From contig CM119264.1 of assembly GCA_051294375.1 (NCBI GenBank), forward strand, positions 4,241,392 to 4,305,391: a DNA stretch of 64,000 bases, given 5' to 3'. The stretch is from Paraspadella gotoi (taxonomy: Eukaryota > Animalia > Chaetognatha). Below, one piece after another: positions 36,397-49,242 of this stretch. The translations under genes were made by a program, and so were the position numbers. The notes under the pieces were generated by a model. That model had not been told where the DNA came from. It saw only the letters and a program-made list of their open reading frames with translations, and searched no databases. Within the stretch, counting starts at the first letter, position 1, and every line of letters starts with the position of its first letter.

Positions 36397-37940
36397 AAAT
36401 CTAGGATCGCTTCTAAAGACAGAAAAAATAGAAATTTATGTGAATAAAATTTATTATGTACAAAAGGTTGTCCTTTTTATGACATTGATTATGAGGGAGC
36501 AAATGAGAGTTATTTTTACCATGCATTCATAAGCGAGAGAGCTCGTTAAATGCACAATAGAAACTTAGGGATGGCCGTTAACTTTGCCCTCCTTTGTAAA
36601 GTCTCTCAGTTGAATAGGAAATTTCAATTATAATAAATCAGTACATAAAGTTTTAACAAAGCACCAGCTAACAAAGGTGATTCCTTAAATTTGCCATATG
36701 TTTAAAAAACATAAAAACCCGGTTTAAAAGAAGCATAGCGTCATCTCGAATCGGATTTTGAAACAAAAGGCCAAAATAATGTTTGAAAAAGCAAACTTGC
36801 TTTCAATTTATTTAAATTTTAATTTTAAATCATTAATCTGGTTTTAATTTAGTTTGTGACCAAATAAGAACGTTTATGCGGCGTGACTACGAAAATTTAA
36901 AATCATACTGACATTTTTAGTAGACGGCATTATTTTTTGTATCGGAACAAATTAAAATGAAAACTTTTCATACTTTATTTATTAGTTGACCTATGATCAC
37001 TAACGAGAAAAAACCAATTTAGTTGAAGCTTTTTGGTTATTTTCTCACATTTTAATAAGTTTTTTGTAATTTGATTTATTTAGAATTAACCTGGTTCGTA
37101 GACCATGGGCCGCGGTGGTACAAATAATCGAAACAGTAATAAAAATCTTAAAAGTATAAGGATCTCGCCAAAGAATAGTATAAATTAAAACTAAGCTCTG
37201 ACGAAAAAAGTCAGAGGTTTTTTTAATATATTCTTTGACCGGCCAATGTAGAATGATGGCAATATTGCTATTTTTAAGTTTCAAAAAAATCCGACCATAA
37301 ATATAGAAAATATTAACAAAAATCTTTGGAAAATCCACCCCTTCTTTGGAAGATTTTCGCCATATAAAATTTTTTCTGAATCTGACTCCCGGTTGAAAAC
37401 TCTTAGAATTCCGATCGTTAGCTCCTCTTTTACTTTTACTTTAAATAAAAATTTTACCAAAATGGACTAATTCACTTTACCATGATCGTATCATATTAAA
37501 ATAACCAAATGAAATGTAAAGAAAAATTTTGAGAGCCCTTCAGACATATTGCTATCGGATTCCTGAATTCGTATTAAATATTGTATTAAATATGTTATTT
37601 ACTTATTTTATTATTTATTTCTTTGATAACAATCATGTTAATTCCCATAACAATTTTTGGAGACCAGGAACTGATTGCTAGAATTTATACAATAAAGCCA
37701 AAGTATTTGGTTAATACCAATTTTTCTCTGAGATGTTTGTGTAGTTCTGTAATACTAAAAATGGCGTTAATAAAAGTTTTTAGAAGGAAAAAAATAATCA
37801 GAATTTTTTTAAAAAACGAATGATCACGTTATGATAGTCATTCATTGATGCGATGATAATCATTCATTGATGCGATGATAGTCCTGTAGTCGGGCATTGC
37901 CTAGGTTCACCCCACCTCTAAGCATGATTCCTTCAGACCT

Positions 37941-38013
37941 GACCCGGTGGCTCATTGAGTAAAAGCCATCAGCTCATGACCACTAGGTACCAGGTTCAAT
38001 CCCAACCCGGTAC
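37941..38013 (+). pseudogene. tRNA-derived segment (SINE-head-like Pol III promoter), not a functional tRNA
   Basis: A and B boxes at tRNA-like spacing and a CTCATGA anticodon-loop-like heptamer, but anticodon and T stems do not pair. Confidence 0.7.
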
Positions 38014-38020
38014 CTACCCT

Positions 38021-38099
38021 GCGGGAAGCGTGAGAACGGCCGTAAGCCGCCTTGGGGGTGTGGCAACCCCTCAAGCCTGGTTCCAAGCCCAGGACCCGT
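38021..38099 (+). ncRNA. Candidate twister ribozyme, P5-type, slightly degenerate; predicted cut U38043/A38044
   Basis: GCGGG(P5) AA GCGT(P2) GAGAA CGGCCG TAA GCC GCC TTGGGGGT-GTGGCA-ACCCCTCAA(P3) G CCTGG(P4) TTCCAAGC CCAGG(P4) A CCCGT(P5). One C-A mismatch in T1 and an apparent 1-nt deletion in P2. Confidence 0.65.
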
Positions 38100-39064
38100 T
38101 CCATGGCTACTAAAGGGGGTTATAGAAGTTTCGGATAGTCATCTTCAGCCCACTTAGCGCCTTATCCACACGTCGGGCTCTGATGATAATCATTCATTGA
38201 TGCGATGATAGTCATTCATTGACGCCATGAGTCAATTAAAGAGAGAGAGAGACAGAGAGAGACAGAGAGTGAGACTTCGAAATCGGGAATCTAATTTGAC
38301 GCCGTCGATCAAATAAGAGAGAGAGATTCCTTGGCGAGATAACAAAGTGTAACAAAAAGCAATTTTAACACAACTCAAGAATTTTCGACACGAATACCAA
38401 AATGAAATGAATCCCTGGAGATTACTCAATAAACTTACCTACCAAAATAAGGATTTCTTCCTGTATACTTGTCGGATATGCATAGATATAGATTATAAAA
38501 ATAAATATAACTTTTCAAAATGGTCTTTTGTTTTTTTTTAGCTGTACTCGAGCGCACTCTACCGAGAAAAATAAGGAAGCTGAAAGGGTCTCACCAAAAG
38601 ACTAGCGATATCAGACGATCGTCGACGAGGATAGTGATTATAATATTTTATAATTTCTGAGCCATATTTTCCAAAAGAGCCAGATTTCAGCTTCGGGTTA
38701 TGGATTTGGTTACGTATTATAGTTAAAGATTAGGTCAAGTATTTGGTTAAATATTAGGGTCAGATTAAAATTAGGTTCAGAGATTAGGAACAGAAATGGG
38801 GCGCTATTTTTTAATAGTGTAATTAATAGTTTGATTAAAACTCATTTGTAGAACTAAAAATCGAAAAAGATATGTAATATCTTTGACGCTATTTTTATAC
38901 TGTAATATATAATGGAATCAACGCCGTTAAAAGTTAAACAGATATTAAAAGTATTTGAATTAAATCTTAACTAAAGTTTTTAATAACAGTTTTTATTCAG
39001 TTGCCTGTATGTGAGAGTAAGATAGAGAGAAGAAGAGAGACGATGAGAGAGAGAGAGAGAGGAG

Positions 39065-39113
<49 letters not shown>

Positions 39114-39200
39114 AGAGAGAGAGAAAGAGAGAGAGGGAGAGAGAGAGGAGAATGATAAAATTTTGTATTTGAATTTGAATCGTTTCTATTACACCTGGAC

Positions 39201-39256
<56 letters not shown>

Positions 39257-39442
39257 GAGAGAGAGAATAGTCGACAGTCGAAAACAACATTATGATAATT
39301 CTAGTGTATTCCCAATAATCTTTATCACTAATTGATGACTTTAAGTCATTTGTCTTCACTCACGACTTTTTGTCATCTCATTTCTGAAGTTTTTTTTCTG
39401 TCGTTCCCAAGGTTCCATTTATATCGTCACACAGCGCGATTT

Positions 39443-39528
<86 letters not shown>

Positions 39529-40853
39529 TCCGCTTCCATGTGAAAAAAAATCAATTTCTCTTTCTGGTCTAAATGATCTTGCGCATGATGACTCATTTAT
39601 TTTCTTGATGTAAAGTTTAATTCGTATAAATTAGAATACTTTTTGTTCAAAGTATAGTGAAAATTCTCCCTTTTAACTGCTAATGATCATTATTGCATGA
39701 AAAAAAAAACACTATTTGGAATTTTGACATTCTTTAGGCATATATTATGTAGAAATATTGCCCCATGCAATTTTTATTATGATTAAATTTAATTTTAAAA
39801 AAAATATTATTTATTTAGTGGGTGGTTGTTCAAGATTGATTTTAATTGAAAGATTTAAACTATATTTTCATTGCGCACTACACTACAGTCTACATAAAGT
39901 TCAACTTCGTCTAGTCTCACCGTTTGGGCCTAATTCTTAAAAAGATTAATCACATAGAACACCTTTGAAAACTAATATTGATTTTTCTCATTCTCTTCTT
40001 TTATTCTTTTCTTTCCTTTCTTTCTCTCTTCCTCTTTGGTTAAAGAAGAAAATTACATATTTTTTTAATTATTCTTTTGAGTATATTTTTAAAATTAAAT
40101 AAAAAAGTTAAAAAAAGATAAAGAAAGAAAGAAAAAAAAAGGCAGAAAAAAAGAAAGAAGGAATAAAGAAAAAAAAAGCATTGAATATATGAAAAAAGAA
40201 ATTAAATAAAAAAAGGGAAAAAAATAAAAGTTTGAAATATGTTTTCAACAATAATTTTTAATTTTAATTTTTTTAAAACTCACTTTATCTGTCCTTATCT
40301 TCAGCCTGTCCTAACTTCTGACCACTATCCTTTTCTCAACTCTGTGTTGAAAACTTTTTGCCATCTCACTCTCTCTCTTTCTCTCTTCTTTTTCACATAA
40401 TTTGCCAATATTTTTACAAACTCTTAACTTTGAAGAAAGCTTGAATTGTGAGCCAAAACATGTCCATTTTTTTATAAAAAATAAAATTCGTTGTTGAAAA
40501 CATATTTCAAAACTTTTTTCTAAATCTCAAACACAACATTATATAGTAAAAGAGATTCTTCTCGATTTTGGTTGTTCGGTCGGTTAAATTCGGTGTAGTC
40601 ATTCATACACGTTTAGAAATGCACGTGAAAATAAAATCGCTGCGTGGCAACTCGTTGGACGAACCGCTCTTGTTTTTAGTCCGATCTGCTTATCCCAAAT
40701 TCCGACTCTATAATTCACTTTGTCGGTCCGTCCGTCTCACCCCAAATTAAGACCGAAACATGTCTGTGATTTATTCATTAAAATTCGTTTTGACAATAAA
40801 GAAAACTTTCCTTATATCAAATTAAAAATGATAAATTTAAAAAATTAATTTCT

Positions 40854-40958
40854 GATCGTGAAGTGATCATCTTGAAGTGATAATCAAGAAGTGATGATCG
40901 TGAAGTGACGATATTAAAGTGACGATTGGGAGGTGACGATCGAGAAGAGATGATCAGA
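40854..40958. repeat. 14-bp tandem repeat (GATCGTGAAGTGAT), about 7 units
   Basis: Read directly. Confidence 0.8.
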
Positions 40959-41745
40959 AAGCATATATTTTTTTATGATAAAGTTTAATTTCAAAATATT
41001 AACAGAATATAAATCAGTTAAGTGTAGAATAATAATAGCGGAAATGACCAGGTAGTGACATATGGAACATATAAAAAAAACCGATTGAGGACAGAATATC
41101 GGGAAGTTGACGATCTTTAGTTAATATTTTGATATTTTTATAATATACTTTTGCTGGCATTGGAATGTCTGCAGTATAATTGATTGATTGACTAATTTTT
41201 ATTTAGTTTTATGAAGAAATATATGATTTGTTATGTTATGATTTGTTTATAATTTTGATGATTATAAATTGAAAGATTCATCATGACTAATTAATAAGTA
41301 ATTATTTGATTTTCTGCTTACTGCTAAATTATCGTAGGCAGATCCGACATTGTTTGCTCAAACTTGTTCTCATTTTTCTTCATCGTCAATAACTCTAAAT
41401 GACTTTAGATAATTAACCTATCAAAAAACCTGTTTCTAGTTCGCTATCACAATTTATCATCACTCCTCAGCTCTGCTCATTCTCGTCTCTTCGGTTTAAA
41501 TGATGCTCTTCCAAAAAGTTTAAACGATTCCACAGAATCGAGATGATCGAAACTTTTTTTTTACCTGGAAGGTTAGGAACTTTTTCTACGACTTCTTGTT
41601 GCTCGGATTGACCATAGTCATTAACAAGGCACCACTTTTTTATAATATCTTTTAATATTTCTTTTTATATCTATTTTATATCTATTTTTATTTTTTTACA
41701 AAACAAAGAAACTACTCTTTCAAAAACAAAAAAAAACAAAAAACA

Positions 41746-43270
41746 ATGACTCCTTCTCTTCCTCCCGACCCGTCCCTCTCCACCCGCCACGCCCACCTCG
41801 CCTGGGGTCTACTCCTCAACGCCCTCTACATCATCGTCTCCTCCTACTGCTCTCCCCTCTTCCGCGCCTCCTCCTCACTCTCCACTTCCGAGGCATACCT
41901 CTATCTCTTCGTGGGCGAGTCTCTCTCCGGACTCTTTCTCGTCCCCATCGCTCTCAAGAATTGGGACGTCCGCTCCGCCAGGGGATGGCTCGTCTTCGTG
42001 GTCATGGGTCTCGTCAGCAACGCCAACTACGTCATGTGGCGCGAATCCGCGCAGCTGATCCCTCTCGGCGACTACGCGGCCTTCAGCGCCTGCGGTCTGC
42101 TCTTCGCGCCGCTGCTGACGTCGGTGTTGCGGCGTCGCTGCGTCGGGGTCGTCGACGGCTGCGGAGTCATCGTCGCCACCTTTGGACTTTTTTTGGTGGC
42201 GCAACCGTCATCTGTTTTTGGGGAGAGAGCTTGCGAGATCGGAAGGTGAGTTAAGAGGCCTAAGGTAAGTCGCCTCAAGAGGTGATAATGTGGGACGGGG
42301 CGAACGTGTTTTGTTTTAATACTTTTAGTACTAATTTCATAGTAATTTTCATAGTCGAATTTATAATTTCTTACTTCATAGTCATATCATAGTATAATTT
42401 AATTTTTAGGCAGTAAGAATTTTCCAATTATAAATTATCTTTCCTTACAACCGTTTTTACGAAATAAATAAGCTTACTACTAGATAACTAATTAAATAAC
42501 TAAACCTAAATAACTTATTTACTAACTAGTAAGTAAACTAAGTAAAACCAACTACTGACAAAATTAACTAATAAATCGATAATAGATAACAATAAAACAA
42601 ATAATTTAGCAACTTTCATACGTACAATAAAAATGTACGAATGAACTGATAAATGTAGAAAACTCTAACCTACCTAGCCCTTACCCCTTACCCCCTCGTC
42701 AGCCTCTGCGTCCCCACTTCCCATCGTGCCCTAGGTTTTGTCTACGCCGGCATCGGCGGATTCCTCACCATGATCTTCCCTTACCTTCTCGCCGGCCACG
42801 CCCACCTCCATTATTCCAACTTCCTCGTCATCCGCGTCGCCTGCAGCGGCGTCGTCGCCGCCGCCTGCTTCTTCGCTTCCGGCGGACGCGCCCCCTCGTG
42901 GCGTCCGTGGACGGCGGCCGTCAGCGTCTCCCTCGTCGGCGTCATGTCCACCGTCTACCGTCTCGCCCAACAGGTGGCGTGCAACGAGTTGGAGGCCGTC
43001 GAGCCCGGCACCGCCGGTTTGCTAGGTAACATCGTCTACGCGGCGGACATTCCCCTGACGTCGTTGATGTCTTTGGCGCTTTTCGACGAGCNNNNNNNNN
43101 NGTCCTTGGCGCTTTTCGACGAGCGTCTCTCGCCCGTGGAAACGGCGGGCGCCGTCGTCGTCTTCGTCGTCATCTTCGTCGTCGCCGGAGCCAAGTTTTT
43201 CGAGAATCCAAAGGGAGGAAAGAGAGAAGAGGAAGAGGATGAAGATGAGAAGAAACTCTTATATACTTGA
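41746..43270 (+). CDS. EamA/DMT-superfamily multi-pass transporter, SLC35G-like; exons 41746-42245 and 42703-43270, about 344 aa after removing an assembly overlap
   Basis: AAACAATG start; AG|GTGAGT donor at 42246; pyrimidine-rich CAG acceptor at 42702; in-frame join (..CEIGSLCVPTSHRALGF..). About 10 hydrophobic segments in two repeats, with QLIPLGD..FAPLL..GLFLVAQP..FG and LFDERLS....GA motifs typical of EamA repeats; GC-rich codons. Confidence 0.88.
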
Positions 43271-44449
43271 CTTATAAATATTTGTTATATCAATGGGCTA
43301 CTATATTAATATACCTTGGGCAATATCAACAACTTGCGAAACGGCGATATGGCGTGAGGTCTTTGTTGTCTTTTAACAATGAGAGAGAGAAGAGAGAAGA
43401 GAGATGGAGAAGAGAGAGAGAGAGAAGAGAGGAGAGAGAGAGAGAGAGAGAGAGATAAAACAACCAAACTCGGACAGTTGAACAGACAAATACTGACGGA
43501 TAGTTGAGGGAAATTCCGGACGAGACGTCATCCGTCAGTGTCGACCAAAGAACTCAAACAATCTCGCTCTCTGTCTCTCTCTCTCCTCGGGTAACAATCG
43601 CCCACCTGGTGATGGAGGCAAACCCGCTTTTTTTTTGTCCGGTCGAGTGTCCGGAGCTTTTTTGTCAGCTGTCAAACTATTTCATTTCCTAATCATTGCC
43701 ACGATGAGTAATGTCATCGTATGTGGATAAATGAGAAAGGTGTCTTTTTTTCCCAAAATCCTATTTTACCAATTCCGACATGACATATTTGACGGTTATT
43801 GTGAGGAACGTCTTTTTTTGTTGCGAGTTCATTCGAAGCTATCATGTAACCATATGGAAAAAAACTTTTTGTACATCTCATAGATGGTGAATTCCAAATG
43901 GCAATTCCGGGAACAACGTGATAAGTGAATTAAATATATATTTAATTAGGAGAATTACTCGACGGTGGTGATGATAATTTTGATCACCAATAAATTTAAG
44001 AATATTAATAGAATTTGGAAATACGAGGAAAAAATTGGAAAAAAACTGGAAAAAAAAAAAAAAACAAGGAAAGATAAAAAGGCAGGAAAGTAAGAATCAT
44101 ATTTATTGGTACCAAAAAAAATAAGAACAAGAAAGAAAATCATATTTTATCGTCAAAACTATAAAAAAAAAGGACCGAAGTTTCTTAGCTTTTGTCACCG
44201 ACGACATATTTTGGTCTTTTCTGCGGGAAAGAGAAAACAGAGGGAAAGAAAAGGAAGAAAAAATGAAAGACATATAAAGGGAAGATAGAAAGAAACAAAA
44301 CAAAAAGAGACTTTTGTTTTGGTGGTTTCAGGTTAAATACAAAAATGAAATACGATTTCGTTTAGTCGGTGTTTTTTTTTTCCAATATAATGACTAGCAA
44401 TTTTCCACTGCAAATTCTTTTACCAATGACTTCTTAATTTTATTCATCG

Positions 44450-44630
44450 GGAGAAGAGAGAGGAGTGAGAGAGAGAGAGAGAGAGAGAAGAGAGAAGGAG
44501 AGAGAGAGAGAGGAGAGAGGAGAGAGAGAAAGAAGAGAGAGAGAGAGAGAGAGGAGAAGGAGAAGTGAGAAGAGAGAAAGAGGGAGAGTGAGAGAAGTGA
44601 GAGAGAGAGAGAAGAGAGAGAAGAGAGAAG

Positions 44631-44684
<54 letters not shown>

Positions 44685-44688
44685 AAGA

Positions 44689-44730
<42 letters not shown>

Positions 44731-45002
44731 AGAGAGAAATAGAAGAAGAAGAGAGGGAAGCAGACGAAAGAAGTAGGAGAGAGAGAGAGAAGAGAGGAGA
44801 GAGCGAGCAGGGCAGAAGACTAGAGAGAGGAGAGAGAGAGCAGACGAGAGAGAAGAGAAGACGAGGAGAGAGAGGAGAGAGAGAGGAGAGAGAGAGAGAG
44901 AGAGAGGTAGAGAGAGGAAGATAGAGAGAGAGAATAGAGAGAGAGAGAAGAGAGAGAGAGAAAGAGGAGAAGAGAGAGCAGAGCGAGAGAGAGTAGAGGA
45001 GT

Positions 45003-45052
<50 letters not shown>

Positions 45053-45184
45053 TGAGAGAGAGAGAGAGAAGAGGAAGGGAGAGAGAGGAGAGAGGAGAGG
45101 AGGTGACGCAGAAAGATGAGAGAGAGAGAGAGAGAGAGAAGGGAGGAGAGAGGAGAGAGAGAGGAGAGAGAGAGAGAAGAGAAA

Positions 45185-45216
<32 letters not shown>

Positions 45217-45225
45217 AGAGAGGAC

Positions 45226-45280
<55 letters not shown>

Positions 45281-45847
45281 AGAGAGATGAGAGAGAGAGA
45301 GAAGAGAGAGAGAGTGAGAGAGAGGAGAGAGGAAGAGAGAGAGAGATAGAGAGAGGAGAGAGAGAGAGAGAGATGATGATGAGATGAGAAGAGAGTAGGG
45401 AGAGAGGAGAGATCTCGTAGAGAGTAGAAGTAAGAGATCGTATGACGTAGAGAAAGGAGAGCAAAGAGATTGAGAGCAGAGAGAGAGAGAGGAAGGAGGA
45501 GCCGAGGAGAGGAGAGTAGAGAGAGGACAGAAGACAGAGCAGAGAAGGATGAGAGAGAGAGAGGAAGAAAGATAAAGATGGAGAGGAGAGAAGAGAGGAG
45601 AGAGAGAAAAGACGAAAGAAGAGAAGATAAGCGGTCGGGCTGTCGAGAAGGATCATGGACGGGACTGCTGATATCATGTGCTACGAGAGGGAATAAGAGA
45701 GTGAGAGACGAGAAGAGAGAGGAGGAAGAGTTAGGAGAAGAGAACGAGAGGGAAAGAGTAGAGGAGAGAGAGAGAGAGAGAGAGAGAAGAGGAAGAGAGA
45801 CCTGACGAAAGAGAAGGACCGCGAGCAGGAGAGAGAGAGAGACTTGT

Positions 45848-45892
<45 letters not shown>

Positions 45893-45910
45893 GAGAGAGA
45901 GAAGAGAAGT
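44450..45910. repeat. Long noisy (GA)n tract
   Basis: Dinucleotide repeat with frequent indels. Confidence 0.9.
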
Positions 45911-46600
45911 ACTTTTAAGACGGGCCAGCAAACGACCAATAAACTTCGTCGTCTTCGTCGAAATCGTTTTCGTTGATGAAGACAGCGGACAGAGAGAAAT
46001 GTAACCCCCTTTCCCCTTCCCTCCTCCCTCCCCATTCCCCCTTTTCCCCCTTCCCCTCGTCCCCATATTCCCCCTATTCCCCTTCTTCACCCTCTCTATC
46101 CACCTTCTCCCTACTTCCCCCCCTATTCCCCCTTCATTTCACCCTCTCTATCCACCTCTCCCCCACTTCCCCCCCTTTGCGCCCTTCCTCACCCCTCTCT
46201 CCACCTCTCTTCCACTTCCCCATCCCTCTTCTTCACCCTCTCTTCCCAGCCTCTCCCCCACTTCCCGCTTTCCGCCTTCCTCACCCCCTCCTCTCCACCT
46301 CTCCCCACTTCTCCCCCCTCTTCCCCTTCCTCACCCTCTCTATCCACCTCTCCCCCACTTCTTCCCCCTTTCCCCCTTCTCACCCCTCTCTCCACCTCTC
46401 CCCCACTCCCTTCCCCCTTCTTTTCCCCCCTCTCACCCCCTCTCCCCCTCCCACTCCCCCCCAAGCCAAAGAAAAGTAAACACTGTTTTCGTCAATATCT
46501 GCCTCCCGGATGTGGCGACGCTTACGACCGCTGAGGTTTTTCCGTATGTATTTCTTTGAAAATACTTTGATTGGTTTTTTTCCCCTGGAGATGAGGATGT

Positions 46601-49025
46601 TTATCGCTTTCGCTCGTCGTCGTCGTCGTTGTCATCATCGTTGTCATCGTCATCGTCGTTGTCATTGTCTTCGTCGTTGTCTTCGTCATCATCTTCTTCG
46701 TCCTCCTTAACCCTAAAAAACTTTTTTTTTGACTTTTTCATTTTCTTTGTTATCGAAAAGTCGTCAATCTCCAGCTTCGACTCTTGTCCCTACCAACCCA
46801 GACCAGTTCCGACTTGTCCCGACCTTCCCCGACACCGCCCAACGCTGCCCGCCTTGATCAACCCCAACTTGAACAAACTACCTTGACCTTACCCGACGAC
46901 AACTATGGCCATACAGTTCGATAGCACCTGGCGAGTGGGTGGGAGGGAGAATTGGAAGGTGGAAAAATGGAAGGAAAAGACAAGAAATTTAAATATAAAA
47001 AAGAGTAAAAAGAAAGAACTGTAATGAAAAAAAAAGAAATATGAAAGATTCACTATATTTCGTTAATAATAATAATATTTTAAGCATTATCGTTGTTCTA
47101 TAGATTATTAATGTTTTTTTTAAATTCCACTAAATTGATCAAACTAGTACGTAAGCAATCTAGAAAGAAAGACAGAAATTCTAACAGAAAAATTACAGAA
47201 GAAAGACAGAAAAAGACAGAACAATAAAGAAAAACCAAGTCATAAAAAAATGAAAATAAAAAAAAAATCCTTTTTCGCCTTTGGCGTCGCGTCGAACCGG
47301 AGGATCCTCATTTGTTTTTCTCTCCCTTTCCTCTTTTCTTCTTCCTCTTTCCTTTTTCCTATGCTTATCCTTCCTCAGTTCGCTCTTTCTTTTATTCTTT
47401 TCTATTTTCCTCATTTCTTCTTCCTCTTTCTGCATTCCTCCTATTCATCCAGTCGCTCTTCTTTTTTTCTTTTCTTTTTCCTCATTTCTTCTTCCTCTTT
47501 TCTCATTCCTCTCTTTCCTCTCAAGTCGCTCTTCTTTTTTTTCTTTTCTATTTCTCCTTTCTTCTTCCTCTTTTCTCATTCCTCTCTTTCCTCAGTCGCT
47601 TCTTTCTTTTTTTTCTTTTCTATTTTCCTCATTTCTTTCTTCCTCTTTTCTCATTCCTCTCTTTCCTCCAGCCGCTCTTCTTTTTTTTTCTTTTCTATTT
47701 CTCTCTTTCTTCTCCTCTTTCCTTTTCCTCCTTTCCTCCAGTTCGCTCTTTCTTTTTTCTTTTCTATTTTCCTATTTCTCTTCCTTTTTCTCATTTCCTC
47801 TTTCCTCCAGTTCCGCGTCTTTGTCTTTTTCTTTTCTCTTTTTCTCTCTTTCTCTTCCTTTTTCTCATTCCTCTTTCCTCCGCCCGCTCTTTCTTTTTCT
47901 CTTTCTCTTTTTCCTCTTTTCTTCTTCCTCTTTTCTTTTTCTCTCCTTTCCTCCAGTCGCGCTCTTTCTTTTTTTTTTCTTATTTTTCCTCCTTTCTTCT
48001 TCCTCTTCCTTTCATTTCTCTTTTCCACGCAGTCGCTCTTTCTTTTTCTTTTCTCTTTTCCTCTTCTTCTTCCTCTTTCCTTTCCTCCTTTCCTCCAGTC
48101 GCTCTTTCTTTTTTTTTTCTATTTTCCTCATTGTCTTCTTCCTCTTTTCTCATTCCTCTTTCTTCAGCCGCTCTTTCTTTTTTTTCTTCTATTTTCCTCA
48201 TTTCTTCTTCCTCTTTTCTCATTCTCCTTTCCTCCAGCGCTCTTTCTTTTCTTTTCTTTTCCTCCATTTCTTCTTCCTCTTTTCTCATTCCTTCCTTTCC
48301 TCCAGCCGGCTCTTTTGATGCCTTTTGTTTCTTTTGCTCTTGTTTCCTCGGCTTTCTTTCTGTTCGCTCTTGTTTCAGCTTCCCTCTCTTTCTCTCCAGT
48401 CCGCTTTTCGTTTTTCTTGTTCTATTCTTCCCTCCCTTTCTTCTTTCGCACTTCATTCATTTCTCTTTTCCACCATCCTCTTTCTTTTTTCTTTTCTCTT
48501 TTCCTCTTTTCTTCTTCCGCTTTCCTTTTTCCTCCCTTCCTCCATCCGCTCTTTCTTTTTCCTTTTCTCTTTTCCTATTTTTTCTTTTATTTCCTTTTTC
48601 CTCCCTTCCTCTATCCGCTTTTTCTTTTTTTCCTCCTTTCTCTTTCCTCTTTCCTCTCTTCTAGATCCACTCTTTATTTTCTTTCCTTTATCCCTCTCTT
48701 TCGTTTTTCATCTTTTTTTTCTTTTTTCCTATTTCATTTCTATTTCCTTCCTTCCTTCTTTCCCTGTTTCCTTCCTTTTCCCCCTCTATTTCCACCTTCC
48801 TTCATTCCTCCTTTTTTCTCTGAATTTTTTATCATCTCACGTTTTTGCTTCCCGACATTTTTTGGGGGTTGAAGGGGAGTAAGATCCTTCGGAAGAGACG
48901 TCGGCAGCGGCAGCTGCTGCGGCAGCGGCATTGGCGGCGGCAGCGGCATCGGCGGCGGCGGCGGCGGCGGCGGCCTCGTGTTTCGCGTTATCACGGCGTC
49001 GATTTTCCCGGCGCGGATCTCCCAT
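46601..49025 (-). CDS. Candidate low-complexity orphan gene: exons 49025-48841 (Pro-rich), 46927-46893 and 46789-46601 (Lys-rich, then Asp-rich)
   Basis: GT-AG sites join in frame to a TAA; the last acceptor lacks a pyrimidine tract; much of the content is microsatellite. Confidence 0.28.
47320..48650. repeat. About 60-70-bp pyrimidine-rich minisatellite with a CCAGTCGCTCTT core
   Basis: Recurring core in a TC-rich array; explains the long F/S/L ORFs. Confidence 0.85.
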
Positions 49026-49151
49026 CTGTCGGGAGATGGGACGATATAAAAGTCAACAAAAGACATGAAATGAACCGAATTTTTTCTCTCTATGTATTTG
49101 GGATTTGGGGGCTTAGGTAGCGTTTAGGATGAACTGGTACCAGTCAGGGAA

Positions 49152-49242
<91 letters not shown>

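Larger units (their letters stand above)
37884..38181 (+). mobile_element. 298-bp retroposon-like insert (tRNA-derived segment plus twister candidate) flanked by a 32-bp direct repeat
   Basis: GATGATAATCATTCATTGATGCGATGATAGTC at 37852-37883 and 38182-38213; internal A box TGGCTCATTGAG (37948-37959) and B box GGTTCAATCCC (37993-38003). Confidence 0.75.

Noticed and set aside
37941-38013. Functional tRNA-Met gene
   Set aside because: The cloverleaf stems do not pair; only promoter boxes remain, inside a mobile insert.
37831-38230. CRISPR-like array from the 22-bp repeats (also considered for the 66-bp and 30-bp arrays)
   Set aside because: Head-to-tail repeats without unique spacers, eukaryotic context and no cas genes.
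44440-46035. 531-aa ORF and the many other SL/ER-repeat ORFs (for example 34442-35794, 25686-26444)
   Set aside because: Translations of (CT)n/(GA)n microsatellites, which lack stops by composition.
47250-48882. 540-, 450- and 345-aa F/S/L-rich ORFs
   Set aside because: Pyrimidine minisatellite that is open in all three frames.
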